Assembly (NCBI GenBank): GCA_964389655.1
Contig: CAYMED010000001.1
Location: 1-64,000 of the forward strand
Source of the DNA: an uncultured Candidatus Poseidoniales archaeon
GTDB taxonomy: Archaea; Thermoplasmatota; Poseidoniia; Poseidoniales; CAYMED01
DNA length: 64,000 bases
Direction: 5' to 3'
Shown one piece after another: positions 1 through 9,469 of this stretch. The position numbers and the translations under genes are program-made. The notes below the pieces were generated by a model. That model did no database searches. It worked only from the letters and a program-made list of their open reading frames with translations, and was not told where the DNA came from. Positions within the stretch are counted from its first letter, which is position 1, and every line of letters starts with the position of its first letter.

Positions 1-3
1 CAG

Positions 4-663
4 TTGGGTGAGAAAGTAAATATCACTATTTTTGTGATTAGTGAGCAACTAAACCAACCGGATTTCAAGGCGCGCCTCCAAGTTTGGCTTGAGGGAGGCC
101 GTTCACTTAGGCAGAATCGATGGGTAGGATGTCATGGTCGCCGCCATCGGTGTTGGGGTGCGCATCTTCCAAATCATGATGGCTTTGTGCATGATCTAAT
201 TATAGCGAAAGATAAGATTGAGTCTGTTGCAGGGACACATGCAAAACCGTGGTTTAGGGCGCCAGCGGGGTATATTTCCTCTTGGATGGCAGAAGGAATT
301 GCTTCAAGCGGCTTTACAGTTGATACATCACTCAACCCTTCTTGGCTAACAAGTCCCAAGACGGGTGCAGAGAAGTGGGGGGATGTTCGCACATCTTTGA
401 AAAATGCAGGGATCGTCGTGCGTCCTTGGCCTTGCACGCCTTCACTATTCTATCTACCAGCAACAAAGTGGCCCGTGAATGGACCGGCCCTTCATCTTCC
501 ATTTTTGTCTAGAAGGTCGAAGGCGTATTGGAACAAGATAGGTACTGCTTGGTCTACGCCATCCATTCAACAAATCGAATCACAAAGTGTCGATTTACAA
601 GTTATCTATTGGCATATTTTAGATCACGCTAAGTGCTCAGGAAAATGGTCTCCCCCTGTCTGA
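4..663 (+). CDS. Polysaccharide deacetylase (NodB-like) family protein, probably 5'-truncated by the window edge
   Basis: Motifs TIFV, GCHGRRH (metal-binding HxxxH), WFRAPAG, GFTVDTS and a C-terminal YWH. Confidence 0.65.
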   Translation: MGEKVNITIFVISEQLNQPDFKARLQVWLEGGRSLRQNRWVGCHGRRHRCWGAHLPNHDGFVHDLIIAKDKIESVAGTHAKPWFRAPAGYISSWMAEGIASSGFTVDTSLNPSWLTSPKTGAEKWGDVRTSLKNAGIVVRPWPCTPSLFYLPATKWPVNGPALHLPFLSRRSKAYWNKIGTAWSTPSIQQIESQSVDLQVIYWHILDHAKCSGKWSPPV

Positions 664-731
664 TGTTTCACCGTATTCTCTAAGGTTGAGTGGCTAGTGG
701 GATAATTGTCAGAAGGGGTTATGTGCTGAAT

Positions 732-2672
732 ATGACGACTAATGGGCCAAAATATCCGGGCATCCCTGCGACGGCAGATGGCGCAGGACATGTCGTTCAT
801 ATTGAAACACATATCACTGAAGGATCATGTGCATATCCGATCACTTCCTCAACAACGATGGGGATCGGTTATGGGCTAGCTGTCGCCAATGGGAAAGAGA
901 ATTTATGGGGCACCCGACTAATATTTCTTGAACCAGAATCTGAGCATTCGAGCGCTTCTGCGGCCGAGGGTTATGCTCTCGCCGGTGGACGAGTGACGAA
1001 TTTCACTTCAGGGCAGGGGCTCATTCTGATGAAAGAAGTTCTTTACGTCATCAGTGGAAAACGCCTCCCAATTGTTTTTCACATCGGTGCACGGGCAATG
1101 ACCAGCCAATCACTCAACGTCCACGCCGGACATGATGACATCATGGGTGTATCTGATGTTGGATGGGGAATCGTATTTGCCCGTAATGCTCAGGAAGCAG
1201 GTGACCTCGCGCTGATTTCTCGGAGAGCTGCTGAGGACTCGGATACGCCGTTCTTCAATGTTCAAGATGGATTTTTGACTACACATACCATTGAAAATGT
1301 GCTTTTTTGCGAACTGAAGTTAATGGAGGAATTTGTCGGCGACCCCGCAGATAAATTGCGGAATCTAATGGACCCATACCACCCCGTTATGACCGGTGTT
1401 GTTCAAAATCAAGATGCATACATGAAGGGAAAAATCGCACAACGCCATTTCACAGATTCTGTCAAACCGGCACTCATGGCCGCAATGCGAGATTTCACCG
1501 AGCTCACCGGGCGCCAATACGACCTCGTCGATTGTTATCAAATGGAAGATGCGGAAACAGCCATCATTGGGATCGGTTCAATGATTGAGACCGCAACTAC
1601 AGTAGTGGACAAACTACGGGCCGCTGGACGAAAGGTAGGTTGTGTTCATATCACTTGCTTTCGTCCTTTCCCTGGTGCGGAAATTGTTGCGGCGATTGCA
1701 GGGTGCAAATCAGTGGCGATTTTAGAGCGAATGGATGATCCAATGGCACAGTCAAACCCCCTCACCGCTGAAATCAAAGCATCCTTCACTGATGCGATGC
1801 AAGGCCGCCCAGGATATCCTGAATTGGATAGAATTCCCCGAATTCAAACGGGCTCTTATGGCCTTGGCAGCCGTGACGTAACCAGTGGTGATATCGCTGC
1901 AGTGTATGACCTTCTAGATTCTGATGCCAAACCGCGATACTTCACCCTAGGGATTGATCATCCCACTGCGCTGGATCCGGCTCCGGATCTCGATGGCCGT
2001 CCCGTAGGTGCTTTCAGCATGCGAGGACACAGCGTTGGGGGATTTGGCAGCGTGACTACGAACAAAATTATTGCAACAGTCTCCGCGGATTTATTCGGGA
2101 AAACAGTTCAGGCATACCCTAAATATGGTTCTGAAAAGAAGGGGCTGCCGACCAATTTCTATCTTACTATCGCAGATGAGAGAATTAGAATTCATCACGA
2201 ACTCGATATCCTCGATTTCATCGCAGTACAGGATAAGAATGCCTTCAACACAGGAAACCCGTTGAAAGGTGTTCGAGATGGTGGGACGATATTCCTCCAG
2301 ACGAATGAGAATTCAAATGAGGGGGTATGGGACAATCTACCAAGTTGGGCCAAGCAAGAAATCCAAGCCCGGGGTATTCGAATTCTGTGGATTGATACGG
2401 CGAAGATCGCACGCGAGGTCAGTAGTAGTGAGGACCTCGTAGTGCGTATGCAGGGCATCGTTCTCCTCGGTATATTCCTCCGGAGCACACCATTCGCAGA
2501 GAAGACTTCCGAAAATGAACTGTATGAATCGATTGAGAAAAGTCTACGCAAGTACTTCGGCCGTCGGGGCGAGCAAGTTGTGCAGGAGAATCTAATATGT
2601 GTCAAGCGAGGTTTCACTGAAGTCAATGAAATTCAACCAGAGATAATTGCAATGATGGGGGTGGGGGCTTGA
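732..2672 (+). CDS. Pyruvate:ferredoxin/flavodoxin oxidoreductase, alpha+gamma domain subunit
   Basis: AYPITSST, ESEHSSAS, NFTSGQGLILM, HIGARA, FRPFP and GLGSRD, then gamma domain GHSVGGFGSVT...YGSEKKG. Start taken at ATG 732; the ORF opens at GTG 690. Confidence 0.9.
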   Translation: MTTNGPKYPGIPATADGAGHVVHIETHITEGSCAYPITSSTTMGIGYGLAVANGKENLWGTRLIFLEPESEHSSASAAEGYALAGGRVTNFTSGQGLILMKEVLYVISGKRLPIVFHIGARAMTSQSLNVHAGHDDIMGVSDVGWGIVFARNAQEAGDLALISRRAAEDSDTPFFNVQDGFLTTHTIENVLFCELKLMEEFVGDPADKLRNLMDPYHPVMTGVVQNQDAYMKGKIAQRHFTDSVKPALMAAMRDFTELTGRQYDLVDCYQMEDAETAIIGIGSMIETATTVVDKLRAAGRKVGCVHITCFRPFPGAEIVAAIAGCKSVAILERMDDPMAQSNPLTAEIKASFTDAMQGRPGYPELDRIPRIQTGSYGLGSRDVTSGDIAAVYDLLDSDAKPRYFTLGIDHPTALDPAPDLDGRPVGAFSMRGHSVGGFGSVTTNKIIATVSADLFGKTVQAYPKYGSEKKGLPTNFYLTIADERIRIHHELDILDFIAVQDKNAFNTGNPLKGVRDGGTIFLQTNENSNEGVWDNLPSWAKQEIQARGIRILWIDTAKIAREVSSSEDLVVRMQGIVLLGIFLRSTPFAEKTSENELYESIEKSLRKYFGRRGEQVVQENLICVKRGFTEVNEIQPEIIAMMGVGA

Positions 2673-4279
2673 CCATTGGAAATTCAGCACGCCGTAAAAC
2701 TGCGCATGATGGTGATTTCTTCAGCGTCGATGATTTTGAGAAGCGCATAATCGCAGCATATAATGAGGGGCATGCTCCATCCAGTCTCCCCGCAGACCCA
2801 GCGCATGGCCGTTCCATTATCTCTGCGGGTAGCGGTGTTTTCCGTGATTTTTCCTATATTGCAGATGAAATCCCTGAATTTGTTGCAGATGCGTGTGTTG
2901 GATGCATGGATTGCGTGACGATGTGTCCAGATACTGCCATTCTTGGCAAGGTTGTTTCCGAAGAAACTCTTCAAAGTGGATTGAATCAACTATCTGAATC
3001 CGATGCAGAGGAGATGGAAGGCTTGTGGCCTCATGTCAAAAAGTATTGGCATAATCGTCAGAAGAAAGATCTCGAACCCGGCCGCTTTGGCATCTTCATC
3101 GACCCGAGCAAATGCAAAGGATGTGCCGAATGCGTGGATGTCTGTGGTGACAAAAATGCGTTGGCCATGGTCTCAAAAGAGAAGATTGGATTAAATGAGC
3201 ATCGAAGATTATGGGATTTCTTCCAGAGCATGGGAGACACGGACCCCCAATTCATCAATGAGAGATCTGTCATGGACATGATGCTTCTTGACAAGAGTCT
3301 GCTCTATGTTGGTGGTGCAGGTTCTTGTGCAGGATGTGGTGAAGCTACTGCACTTCGGATGCTTTCCGCGGTTCTGGGCTATGATCACGGAGCTGATAAT
3401 GTGGGTGTTGTAAATTCGACCGGTTGCTCTACTGTGTATGGTAGTACGTATCCTTACAACCCTTGGAGCGTTCCATGGACTAACTCTCTGTTTGAGAATG
3501 GGCCCACTGATGCCATGGGTGTGCGAGCACGTTGGGATCAGATTGGATGGGGGGATAAGCGACTTTGGGTGATTGGTGGGGATGGGGCAATGTATGATAT
3601 CGGGTTTGGCGCCTTGTCGCGTATGTTTGCATCGGGAATGGATATCAAAGTTCTTGTGCTAGATACACAAGTTTATTCGAATACAGGTGGTCAAGCATCC
3701 ACTGCTAGCTTCACCGGTCAAGACACAAAATTCTATGCCCACGGAACTACCATTCCAGGAAAACAGGAATTTCGCAAGGAACTTGGGGCAATTGCGGCTA
3801 TGCATCCAAATGTGTATGTTTCACAGACTGTAACGAGCTTACCCAATCACTTCTATCGGTCCATCCGTGAAGCAAATGATCATCCAGGTCCTGCCGTGGT
3901 TTCAGTGTACACGACGTGCCAACCTGAGCATGGAGTGGGTGACCATGCTTCGTTCAAGCAGGCCGCTCTTGCCCTTCGAACACGCGCTTGGCCGATTTTC
4001 ATCTACGACCCGAAGAAAGGTCCGCGGTTCCAAGATCGGTGGGATTTGAAAGGAAATCCAAGCCTACGCAGAGATTGGCATCGAGTAAAAGATGAGGATG
4101 GTGAATGGAAGGACATAAAATTCCGAGACTTTGCGAAATCAGAGGGGAGGTTTCGGAAACAATTTGGCGAAAATGGAGAACCATCTGATACGATTTTGCT
4201 TGCAGAAGAAGACCGTTTGTCCTTTTGGAACCGTCTTCAGGACATGGCAGGGGTTGCTCGCCTAATACCTGAAATTTAA
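2669..4279 (+). CDS. Pyruvate:ferredoxin oxidoreductase, ferredoxin (delta) + TPP-binding (beta) subunit
   Basis: Two 4Fe-4S motifs (CVGCMDCVTMCP, CKGCAECVDVC), GSCAGCGE, TGCS, NSLFEN and GGDGAMYDIG...DTQVYSNTGGQ. Overlaps the upstream stop by 4 bp. Confidence 0.9.
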   Translation: MTIGNSARRKTAHDGDFFSVDDFEKRIIAAYNEGHAPSSLPADPAHGRSIISAGSGVFRDFSYIADEIPEFVADACVGCMDCVTMCPDTAILGKVVSEETLQSGLNQLSESDAEEMEGLWPHVKKYWHNRQKKDLEPGRFGIFIDPSKCKGCAECVDVCGDKNALAMVSKEKIGLNEHRRLWDFFQSMGDTDPQFINERSVMDMMLLDKSLLYVGGAGSCAGCGEATALRMLSAVLGYDHGADNVGVVNSTGCSTVYGSTYPYNPWSVPWTNSLFENGPTDAMGVRARWDQIGWGDKRLWVIGGDGAMYDIGFGALSRMFASGMDIKVLVLDTQVYSNTGGQASTASFTGQDTKFYAHGTTIPGKQEFRKELGAIAAMHPNVYVSQTVTSLPNHFYRSIREANDHPGPAVVSVYTTCQPEHGVGDHASFKQAALALRTRAWPIFIYDPKKGPRFQDRWDLKGNPSLRRDWHRVKDEDGEWKDIKFRDFAKSEGRFRKQFGENGEPSDTILLAEEDRLSFWNRLQDMAGVARLIPEI

Positions 4280-4348
4280 CTATTTTCGGCACTTTACCCT
4301 CACGATGAAGCGAAAGTATTGATTACCGCCTCCGTGAGCCGTAGAAAT

Positions 4349-4522
4349 ATGGCTGTATCAGCAGATGTACAAGCGATGATTGACACGTTGACCGACGCAA
4401 TGGCGGATGCCGCTAAGCATGACAAGGGTGTCGATGCTGGCGGACGCCGTCTCCGAGGAACTCTCTCGCAGATTGCAAAAGACTGCAAGACAATGCGTGC
4501 AAAGATCCAATCCGAGCGCTGA
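4349..4522 (+). CDS. Small helical protein resembling the Hc1 / bacterial 'histone H1-like' family
   Basis: 57 aa from ATG 4349. DAAKHDKGVDAGGRRLRGTLSQIAKDCKTMRAKIQ matches the D..K...GNKAAG.R.RK...E......R pattern. Confidence 0.65.
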   Translation: MAVSADVQAMIDTLTDAMADAAKHDKGVDAGGRRLRGTLSQIAKDCKTMRAKIQSER

Positions 4523-4543
4523 AGTTTCAGAGTCTAATCTGAC

Positions 4544-5566
4544 TTAGAATTCAAGCAGTGATGTCTGACCTGCTTGGCGTACAGCGCCAGCACTCTTTAG
4601 CAGGCCAATCGCATCATTCACTCGCTTATCGGAGAACCCCCTTTCCGCTTGAAGAAATTCACGTAGTCCCGCTTCGTCAGCGACACCCGGCTCAATCTGT
4701 GCAACACTTGTAGTTGGGTGTTGGAGAAATATATCTCGTATTTCATTAAGATTATCCGGAGGGGATATATCTTTCATGCCGCAAATCACTTCAATTGATC
4801 CATGTTCCTTGATCAACTTGAGTCCCGTTTTTGGACCAATCCCGCGAATTCCAGGGTGAAAGTCAGTCCCAATCATAATGGCGAGATCAACAAGTTGATT
4901 TTGGGTAATTCCATGTGTGGTGAGTACATCTTGTAACAATATTCGTTCTGCCCTGATTATTCTGCCACGTCTTCTGCTCCCATCCGACATCAAGTTTCGA
5001 ATCAATACAGGGGATCCATATAGCAAAGCATCCCAATCTTGTGTTGCCATTGCATCTAATTGGCCATTTGCAGTCATCACAGCACCCTGGCCTTCACCTT
5101 CAGCAGCGGCTTGAACCCAAGTAACACCCAACAAATCTAGCATTTGTTTAGTCTCATCAACCATCTCTTGTGTGTATCGTACACATTGTGGCGCCAATTT
5201 TTGTGCAGTTTGATAGTCGCCAGTATCTATGGCATCTTGCCAGCGGATTCTTGCACTCTTACTCTTTGCCTTTCTCTTTTTTACTTCATCCAATTTCAAT
5301 TCAGGATGTCTGCCATCGAAAATGCAGACAGGCTGGACACCAGCTGAAATGATGTGCGTCATTCTTCCTAGAAAGCCCATCAAATGGGCAACAATTCTAC
5401 CATGTGATCCCTTGAGAGGCATTCCATCCCCGGTGGGGGACCGGTCCCTGATTGTTGTAAGGAATTGAAATGCTACAAGATATGCGTCAATCCCAATTTT
5501 TTTCCCTGATAACTCATTCATTGTGATGGCTTCGGGAGACGCGAGATCCTTCAAATTGCACCCCAC
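4544..5566 (-). CDS. fen: Flap endonuclease 1
   Basis: IDAY...QFLTTIR, FDG, EGEGQ, TQDWDALLYG, GTDFHPGIRGIGPKTGLKLI, and a C-terminal PIP box QTSLLEF. Confidence 0.95.
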   Translation of the reverse strand: MGCNLKDLASPEAITMNELSGKKIGIDAYLVAFQFLTTIRDRSPTGDGMPLKGSHGRIVAHLMGFLGRMTHIISAGVQPVCIFDGRHPELKLDEVKKRKAKSKSARIRWQDAIDTGDYQTAQKLAPQCVRYTQEMVDETKQMLDLLGVTWVQAAAEGEGQGAVMTANGQLDAMATQDWDALLYGSPVLIRNLMSDGSRRRGRIIRAERILLQDVLTTHGITQNQLVDLAIMIGTDFHPGIRGIGPKTGLKLIKEHGSIEVICGMKDISPPDNLNEIRDIFLQHPTTSVAQIEPGVADEAGLREFLQAERGFSDKRVNDAIGLLKSAGAVRQAGQTSLLEF

Positions 5567-5574
5567 AAAATCCC

Positions 5575-7146
5575 CTACATCTCATCATAATCAATTTCGT
5601 CATGCTCCCATTCTTCCCAATTTCCACTAGGATCAATGCCAGTGCGCCAATATTCGAAACCACCATTTTTAACCCAGCGCCAAATTCCCCATGATGAAAT
5701 AGCAATTCCAAGTGGTACTGAAAGCAAGGGCATGAGTGCCCATGATATATCAGTTCCGTGAAGCGCACTGATTTCTTGTTGACCATCTCCGGAAGTAAGT
5801 GGAACTGCCCATCGGTAACCGAGTCCATTCCCCAAGGACAGGTTTTTGTTTCCGGCTTTTGGTAGAGCCCATTGCGGTACGGCACGACCTGCATCAGTAT
5901 CATTTACGACACGTACGTCAATTGTTAGGAGTGATCCGGGGGCGGGGTCATAGGAGAGCAGTGAGAAATAAAGTTGGAGTTGTTCACGCACGCGGTAACT
6001 CGCATCAGCATCCGGTCCCAATAAATCTCCATATTCTTCAAACCCGAGTCCCCAATATGGTTTTCCACCAGTTTGTCCAAGAAAAACATCGTCATAGTCA
6101 AGCACAACGACAAATTGTTCACCCGGCTCAAAACCAAATAAACGCTGATCATTCGACTCTGATGAAAGAATTTCTTCTATTGTAAGCACATTTACTGCAT
6201 TTTCATCAGCAGCCAACCAGATGCTGATTTGTCCCGAAATAATTGGAAGAAGAACCATGCTTGTAAATAGCCCAATAATGATCAATATCGAACCCAATAT
6301 TTTCATTGGAAATGGTGGTGCAAAGACGAGATATGCTATGTAGATCCCAATTAATAACACAAAGGTCAGTATTGGGCCAATCAAAGCAGGCTGATTCGCC
6401 TCAATACGAGTAAACCCAGAATTAAGACTTGCATAGGGGGAGGCATATGTTTCTCCTTCTGCCAAATCCAAATTTGGTACTTCTATCAAGTCAGGTGGCA
6501 AAACAGGGATTTCAATTTGTGTATTGCCAGGCCCCAAATATAATGTGTAGCCATCTAGAACCCCGCCTGGTTTTTGGAATGAAATTCGCATATCAACAAC
6601 TTGACCCGGCTTCATTTCGTCAATGCTATGTGTGAAATTGAATGAATACTTGTTACCTCCAGTTTCATCTGGCATTAGATTCGCACTATCCTCATAACTC
6701 CCAATAATAATTCTCACAGTAACGTCTAGGGAGCATGCTCCATTGCAAATAATATCTAGAGTTATAAATCCAGCAATTTGCTGATCTTTGTCGATAATTA
6801 GTGTCTCATTATTTGCGTGTTTTCCTTGGAAAAAGAATTCACGCATTCCCCCTCCATTATTTGGGCTTCCTGGCTGAAGGCCAGTCTCGCTGAATGTATC
6901 GTCTGAATTTCCATCTGATGATGCGGCATGAGACCACCCTGTCCATTGTCTCCAATCGTCTTGTCCATTGCGGGAACCGTACATACTCAGCACTTTTTGA
7001 TCATGCGCAAGGCGTTGATTTTGGGGGACCTCATCATCTGCAATTTTAGGTGATGCTGCAGATGCTGGAGCTAACAAGAGCAAGGAAAGTATGAGGAAAA
7101 GGAAGGCGGCGCGGGCCGATTTACGGGTGCCCGCAGATGAATTCAT
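5575..7146 (-). CDS. Hypothetical exported multi-pass membrane protein
   Basis: Signal peptide ending APASA, beta-rich extracellular domain, two central TM helices, a second soluble domain, a C-terminal TM and an acidic tail. 8-bp gap to fen. Confidence 0.7.
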   Translation of the reverse strand: MNSSAGTRKSARAAFLFLILSLLLLAPASAASPKIADDEVPQNQRLAHDQKVLSMYGSRNGQDDWRQWTGWSHAASSDGNSDDTFSETGLQPGSPNNGGGMREFFFQGKHANNETLIIDKDQQIAGFITLDIICNGACSLDVTVRIIIGSYEDSANLMPDETGGNKYSFNFTHSIDEMKPGQVVDMRISFQKPGGVLDGYTLYLGPGNTQIEIPVLPPDLIEVPNLDLAEGETYASPYASLNSGFTRIEANQPALIGPILTFVLLIGIYIAYLVFAPPFPMKILGSILIIIGLFTSMVLLPIISGQISIWLAADENAVNVLTIEEILSSESNDQRLFGFEPGEQFVVVLDYDDVFLGQTGGKPYWGLGFEEYGDLLGPDADASYRVREQLQLYFSLLSYDPAPGSLLTIDVRVVNDTDAGRAVPQWALPKAGNKNLSLGNGLGYRWAVPLTSGDGQQEISALHGTDISWALMPLLSVPLGIAISSWGIWRWVKNGGFEYWRTGIDPSGNWEEWEHDEIDYDEM

Positions 7147-7167
7147 TGGGAGTAGGCCTAGGTAGGT

Positions 7168-8466
7168 GTGAATGAGGGTTGCCCTCAAACGTGGGTCCTC
7201 TTCCCTTTGGGCGTGGCTGGAGCAAAACCTGCGCAGACGGATAAAAATCGCTCCCTTGGGTATTTGATCATTGGTGCGGGGTGGAATCCCGGATTATTCC
7301 AACTTGAGTCTACCTCATTGGTTTCGCATTTTGTCATTGGAAATTCGAAGCGAAAGCACGTACACCCCCGTATAATTGAATTCTCATCCTCAAATGAATT
7401 AGAAGCCCCAATTCAGCAAATTTTTTCAGAATCGGCATTGACCGACGATGTTCTCCAATATCCTCAATCGACCTATTTTGGCCTAGATGTTGCTGATTTA
7501 TCTGAATTAATTTCTCAATCAATCTTAGATGATGGGTACCTTAACTCAAGTGATAAAATATCTGTACGAGTGCGAAAAATAGACGGGGCAATTTTAGAAG
7601 GAGGTGGGTCCGAGTTAGCAACTTCTGTTGGTGCTCGTCTAATTTCCGTTTGTTCTGGTGTAGACCTCGAGAGGCCAGATGCTCTAATCAGGATTATTTG
7701 CTATCCTACGCCAAAGGGCACTCGTATTAGTTGGGGTCTCTCGACATTTCATGAGCCGCCTAGATTGGGATGGGGGGCACGTTCACCAACTCTCCGTCCA
7801 TATTTTCGACCAATTGGGGTTGATGTGCGCATAGCGCGAGCACTCGTGCATTTGGCATCAGATGGGAGGCGCGGTGGGCTGTTGGATCCATTTTCAGGAA
7901 CCGGAGGGCTCCTTGTGGAAGCGAGCATGCTTGGAATCCCCATGCTTGGAATTGATACAGATCCCCTGATGGTTAAAGGGGCAAAAGAGAACCTTGAATG
8001 GATTGGCCCTTCACCGGATCACGATTGTAGACTAGGGGATGCACGTGACCTCAAATCAGTATTGAATGGAAAGAAACCCCAATCTTTTCGAAATCGTGGT
8101 TCACTTTCTTCTCAAGAATTTAAAATCTGGAATCATGAGATTGTTGGATTAGCATTTGACCCACCATATGGGCGAAACGCTTGGCTCGGAGGCGCTGGGA
8201 CCGGGTCTGAACTTCTTTTTGAGTGTTTAAAATCAGCAGCAGAAATAACCTTTTCAGGGTCAAAGGCGGCCTTTTTACACCCAATAGAACCCGCTGCAGT
8301 TAATATTTCGAGTATCCATTTTCCTCAAGATGACTCACTTGCAGGCCAAGTCCTTAGGAACCTTGCATCCCCACTTTCTAAACTTGGATGGTGCGTACAA
8401 GCAGGAGCCACCATGCGCGTGCACAATTCACTGGGCCGCCTTGCTGTGCTTGCAATCCGTGAGTGA
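7168..8466 (+). CDS. THUMP-domain tRNA (guanine-10-N2) methyltransferase, Trm11/TrmG10-like
   Basis: THUMP-like SVRVRK...VDLERPD, RPYFRP, SAM motif LLDPFSGTGGLLVEA, and DPPYG. Confidence 0.8.
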   Translation: MNEGCPQTWVLFPLGVAGAKPAQTDKNRSLGYLIIGAGWNPGLFQLESTSLVSHFVIGNSKRKHVHPRIIEFSSSNELEAPIQQIFSESALTDDVLQYPQSTYFGLDVADLSELISQSILDDGYLNSSDKISVRVRKIDGAILEGGGSELATSVGARLISVCSGVDLERPDALIRIICYPTPKGTRISWGLSTFHEPPRLGWGARSPTLRPYFRPIGVDVRIARALVHLASDGRRGGLLDPFSGTGGLLVEASMLGIPMLGIDTDPLMVKGAKENLEWIGPSPDHDCRLGDARDLKSVLNGKKPQSFRNRGSLSSQEFKIWNHEIVGLAFDPPYGRNAWLGGAGTGSELLFECLKSAAEITFSGSKAAFLHPIEPAAVNISSIHFPQDDSLAGQVLRNLASPLSKLGWCVQAGATMRVHNSLGRLAVLAIRE

Positions 8467-8472
8467 TTTGGG

Positions 8473-8546
8473 TGAGCGGTGGGGGATTCGAACCCCCGTC
8501 GTCGGGTCCGAAGCCCGACAGTATATCCTAGCTAACCCAACCGCCC
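8473..8546 (-). tRNA. tRNA-Arg (TCG)
   Basis: Reverse complement: acceptor GGGCGGT/ACCGCTC, anticodon arm TCGGG-CT TCG GA-CCCGA, T-loop GTTCGAATC. No intron; CCA not encoded. Confidence 0.95.
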
Positions 8547-8591
8547 ATCGGGGGCGGGACGCTCTGAGTTATTGAAACCAAGCCCATGATA

Positions 8592-9248
8592 CTATGTTTG
8601 AGATTGCAATAACCGAAGGTCTGAAAGCACATCATTTGGGTCCCAATCTTGGCCTCTCCACAAAATTCTCATTCTTCTTTCTCCATCTACTATGAAGAGG
8701 GCTGGGTTGTGGGTGATAAGGGTAATATTAGATGAGTCATTATTTTTCTCATTATTACTGACAAAGCCACCATCTTCTTCTTCAAATGTGTATATCGCCC
8801 ATTTTGTCCATAGGTCCTGCAAATCGGAATAATTTCCGGTAAGATGTGGCCAATTATAATTCATTTTTTCAGTCCAATTTGATAAGTGACTTATCGTATC
8901 ATGCTCGGGGTCTACTGTAATTGATACAATCCCGATATTGTTTTGTTCATTCTGGCTAAGTGCATTATATATCAAGAACAAATTTGATTCAATGACCAAA
9001 CACTCACTTGGACATCTAGTATATGTAAATGCGAATGCCAAAACCTCCTCTTCAAATGAAGAAAGGCCAATTTCACTTCCATTTTGGTCAAAAAGAATAA
9101 AGTCAGGAGCATTTGAACCACTCAACTCAATCCCTCTATATTTTTTCAAACCATCACTATTTGAATGGGGTGTTGCCACACACCCTGCTGTAATATGCGC
9201 AACAAGAAGTAAAGCCATAACGGCCTTTTTTGATTTCAATTTCATCAC
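8592..9248 (-). CDS. SCO1/SenC family copper chaperone (lipoprotein)
   Basis: Lipobox-like ITAGC, YTRCPSEC (CxxxC), SITVDPEHDT and conserved His in ITHNP. Confidence 0.9.
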   Translation of the reverse strand: MMKLKSKKAVMALLLVAHITAGCVATPHSNSDGLKKYRGIELSGSNAPDFILFDQNGSEIGLSSFEEEVLAFAFTYTRCPSECLVIESNLFLIYNALSQNEQNNIGIVSITVDPEHDTISHLSNWTEKMNYNWPHLTGNYSDLQDLWTKWAIYTFEEEDGGFVSNNEKNNDSSNITLITHNPALFIVDGERRMRILWRGQDWDPNDVLSDLRLLQSQT

Positions 9249-9318
9249 CTCCGCAGTTCATATCTGGCCAATCAATCATCAAAACGGGTTAAAATTGTAA
9301 TTACCTTTTCGCCTAAAG

Positions 9319-9401
9319 CGCGGAGGGAGGGATTCGAACCCCCGTGTCCTAAGACACCGGTTTTCAAGACCGGCGCACTGACCAGGCTATGCGACCTCCG
9401 C
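9319..9401 (-). tRNA. tRNA-Ser (TGA)
   Basis: Acceptor GCGGAGG/CCTCCGC, discriminator G, anticodon arm CCGGT-CT TGA AA-ACCGG, long variable arm GTGTCTTAGGACAC, and GTTCGAATC. Confidence 0.95.
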
Positions 9402-9469
9402 TGTGATATGTGGTCGGGATCGGGCTTTAGACAAAAGGGTGATGAGTACCTTGCCCCTATCCCGGTCCG

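Noticed and set aside
8473-9401. tRNA-anchored integrated element
   Set aside because: I noticed no integrase or duplicated tRNA 3' end near any of the four tRNAs, and the flanking genes are housekeeping.
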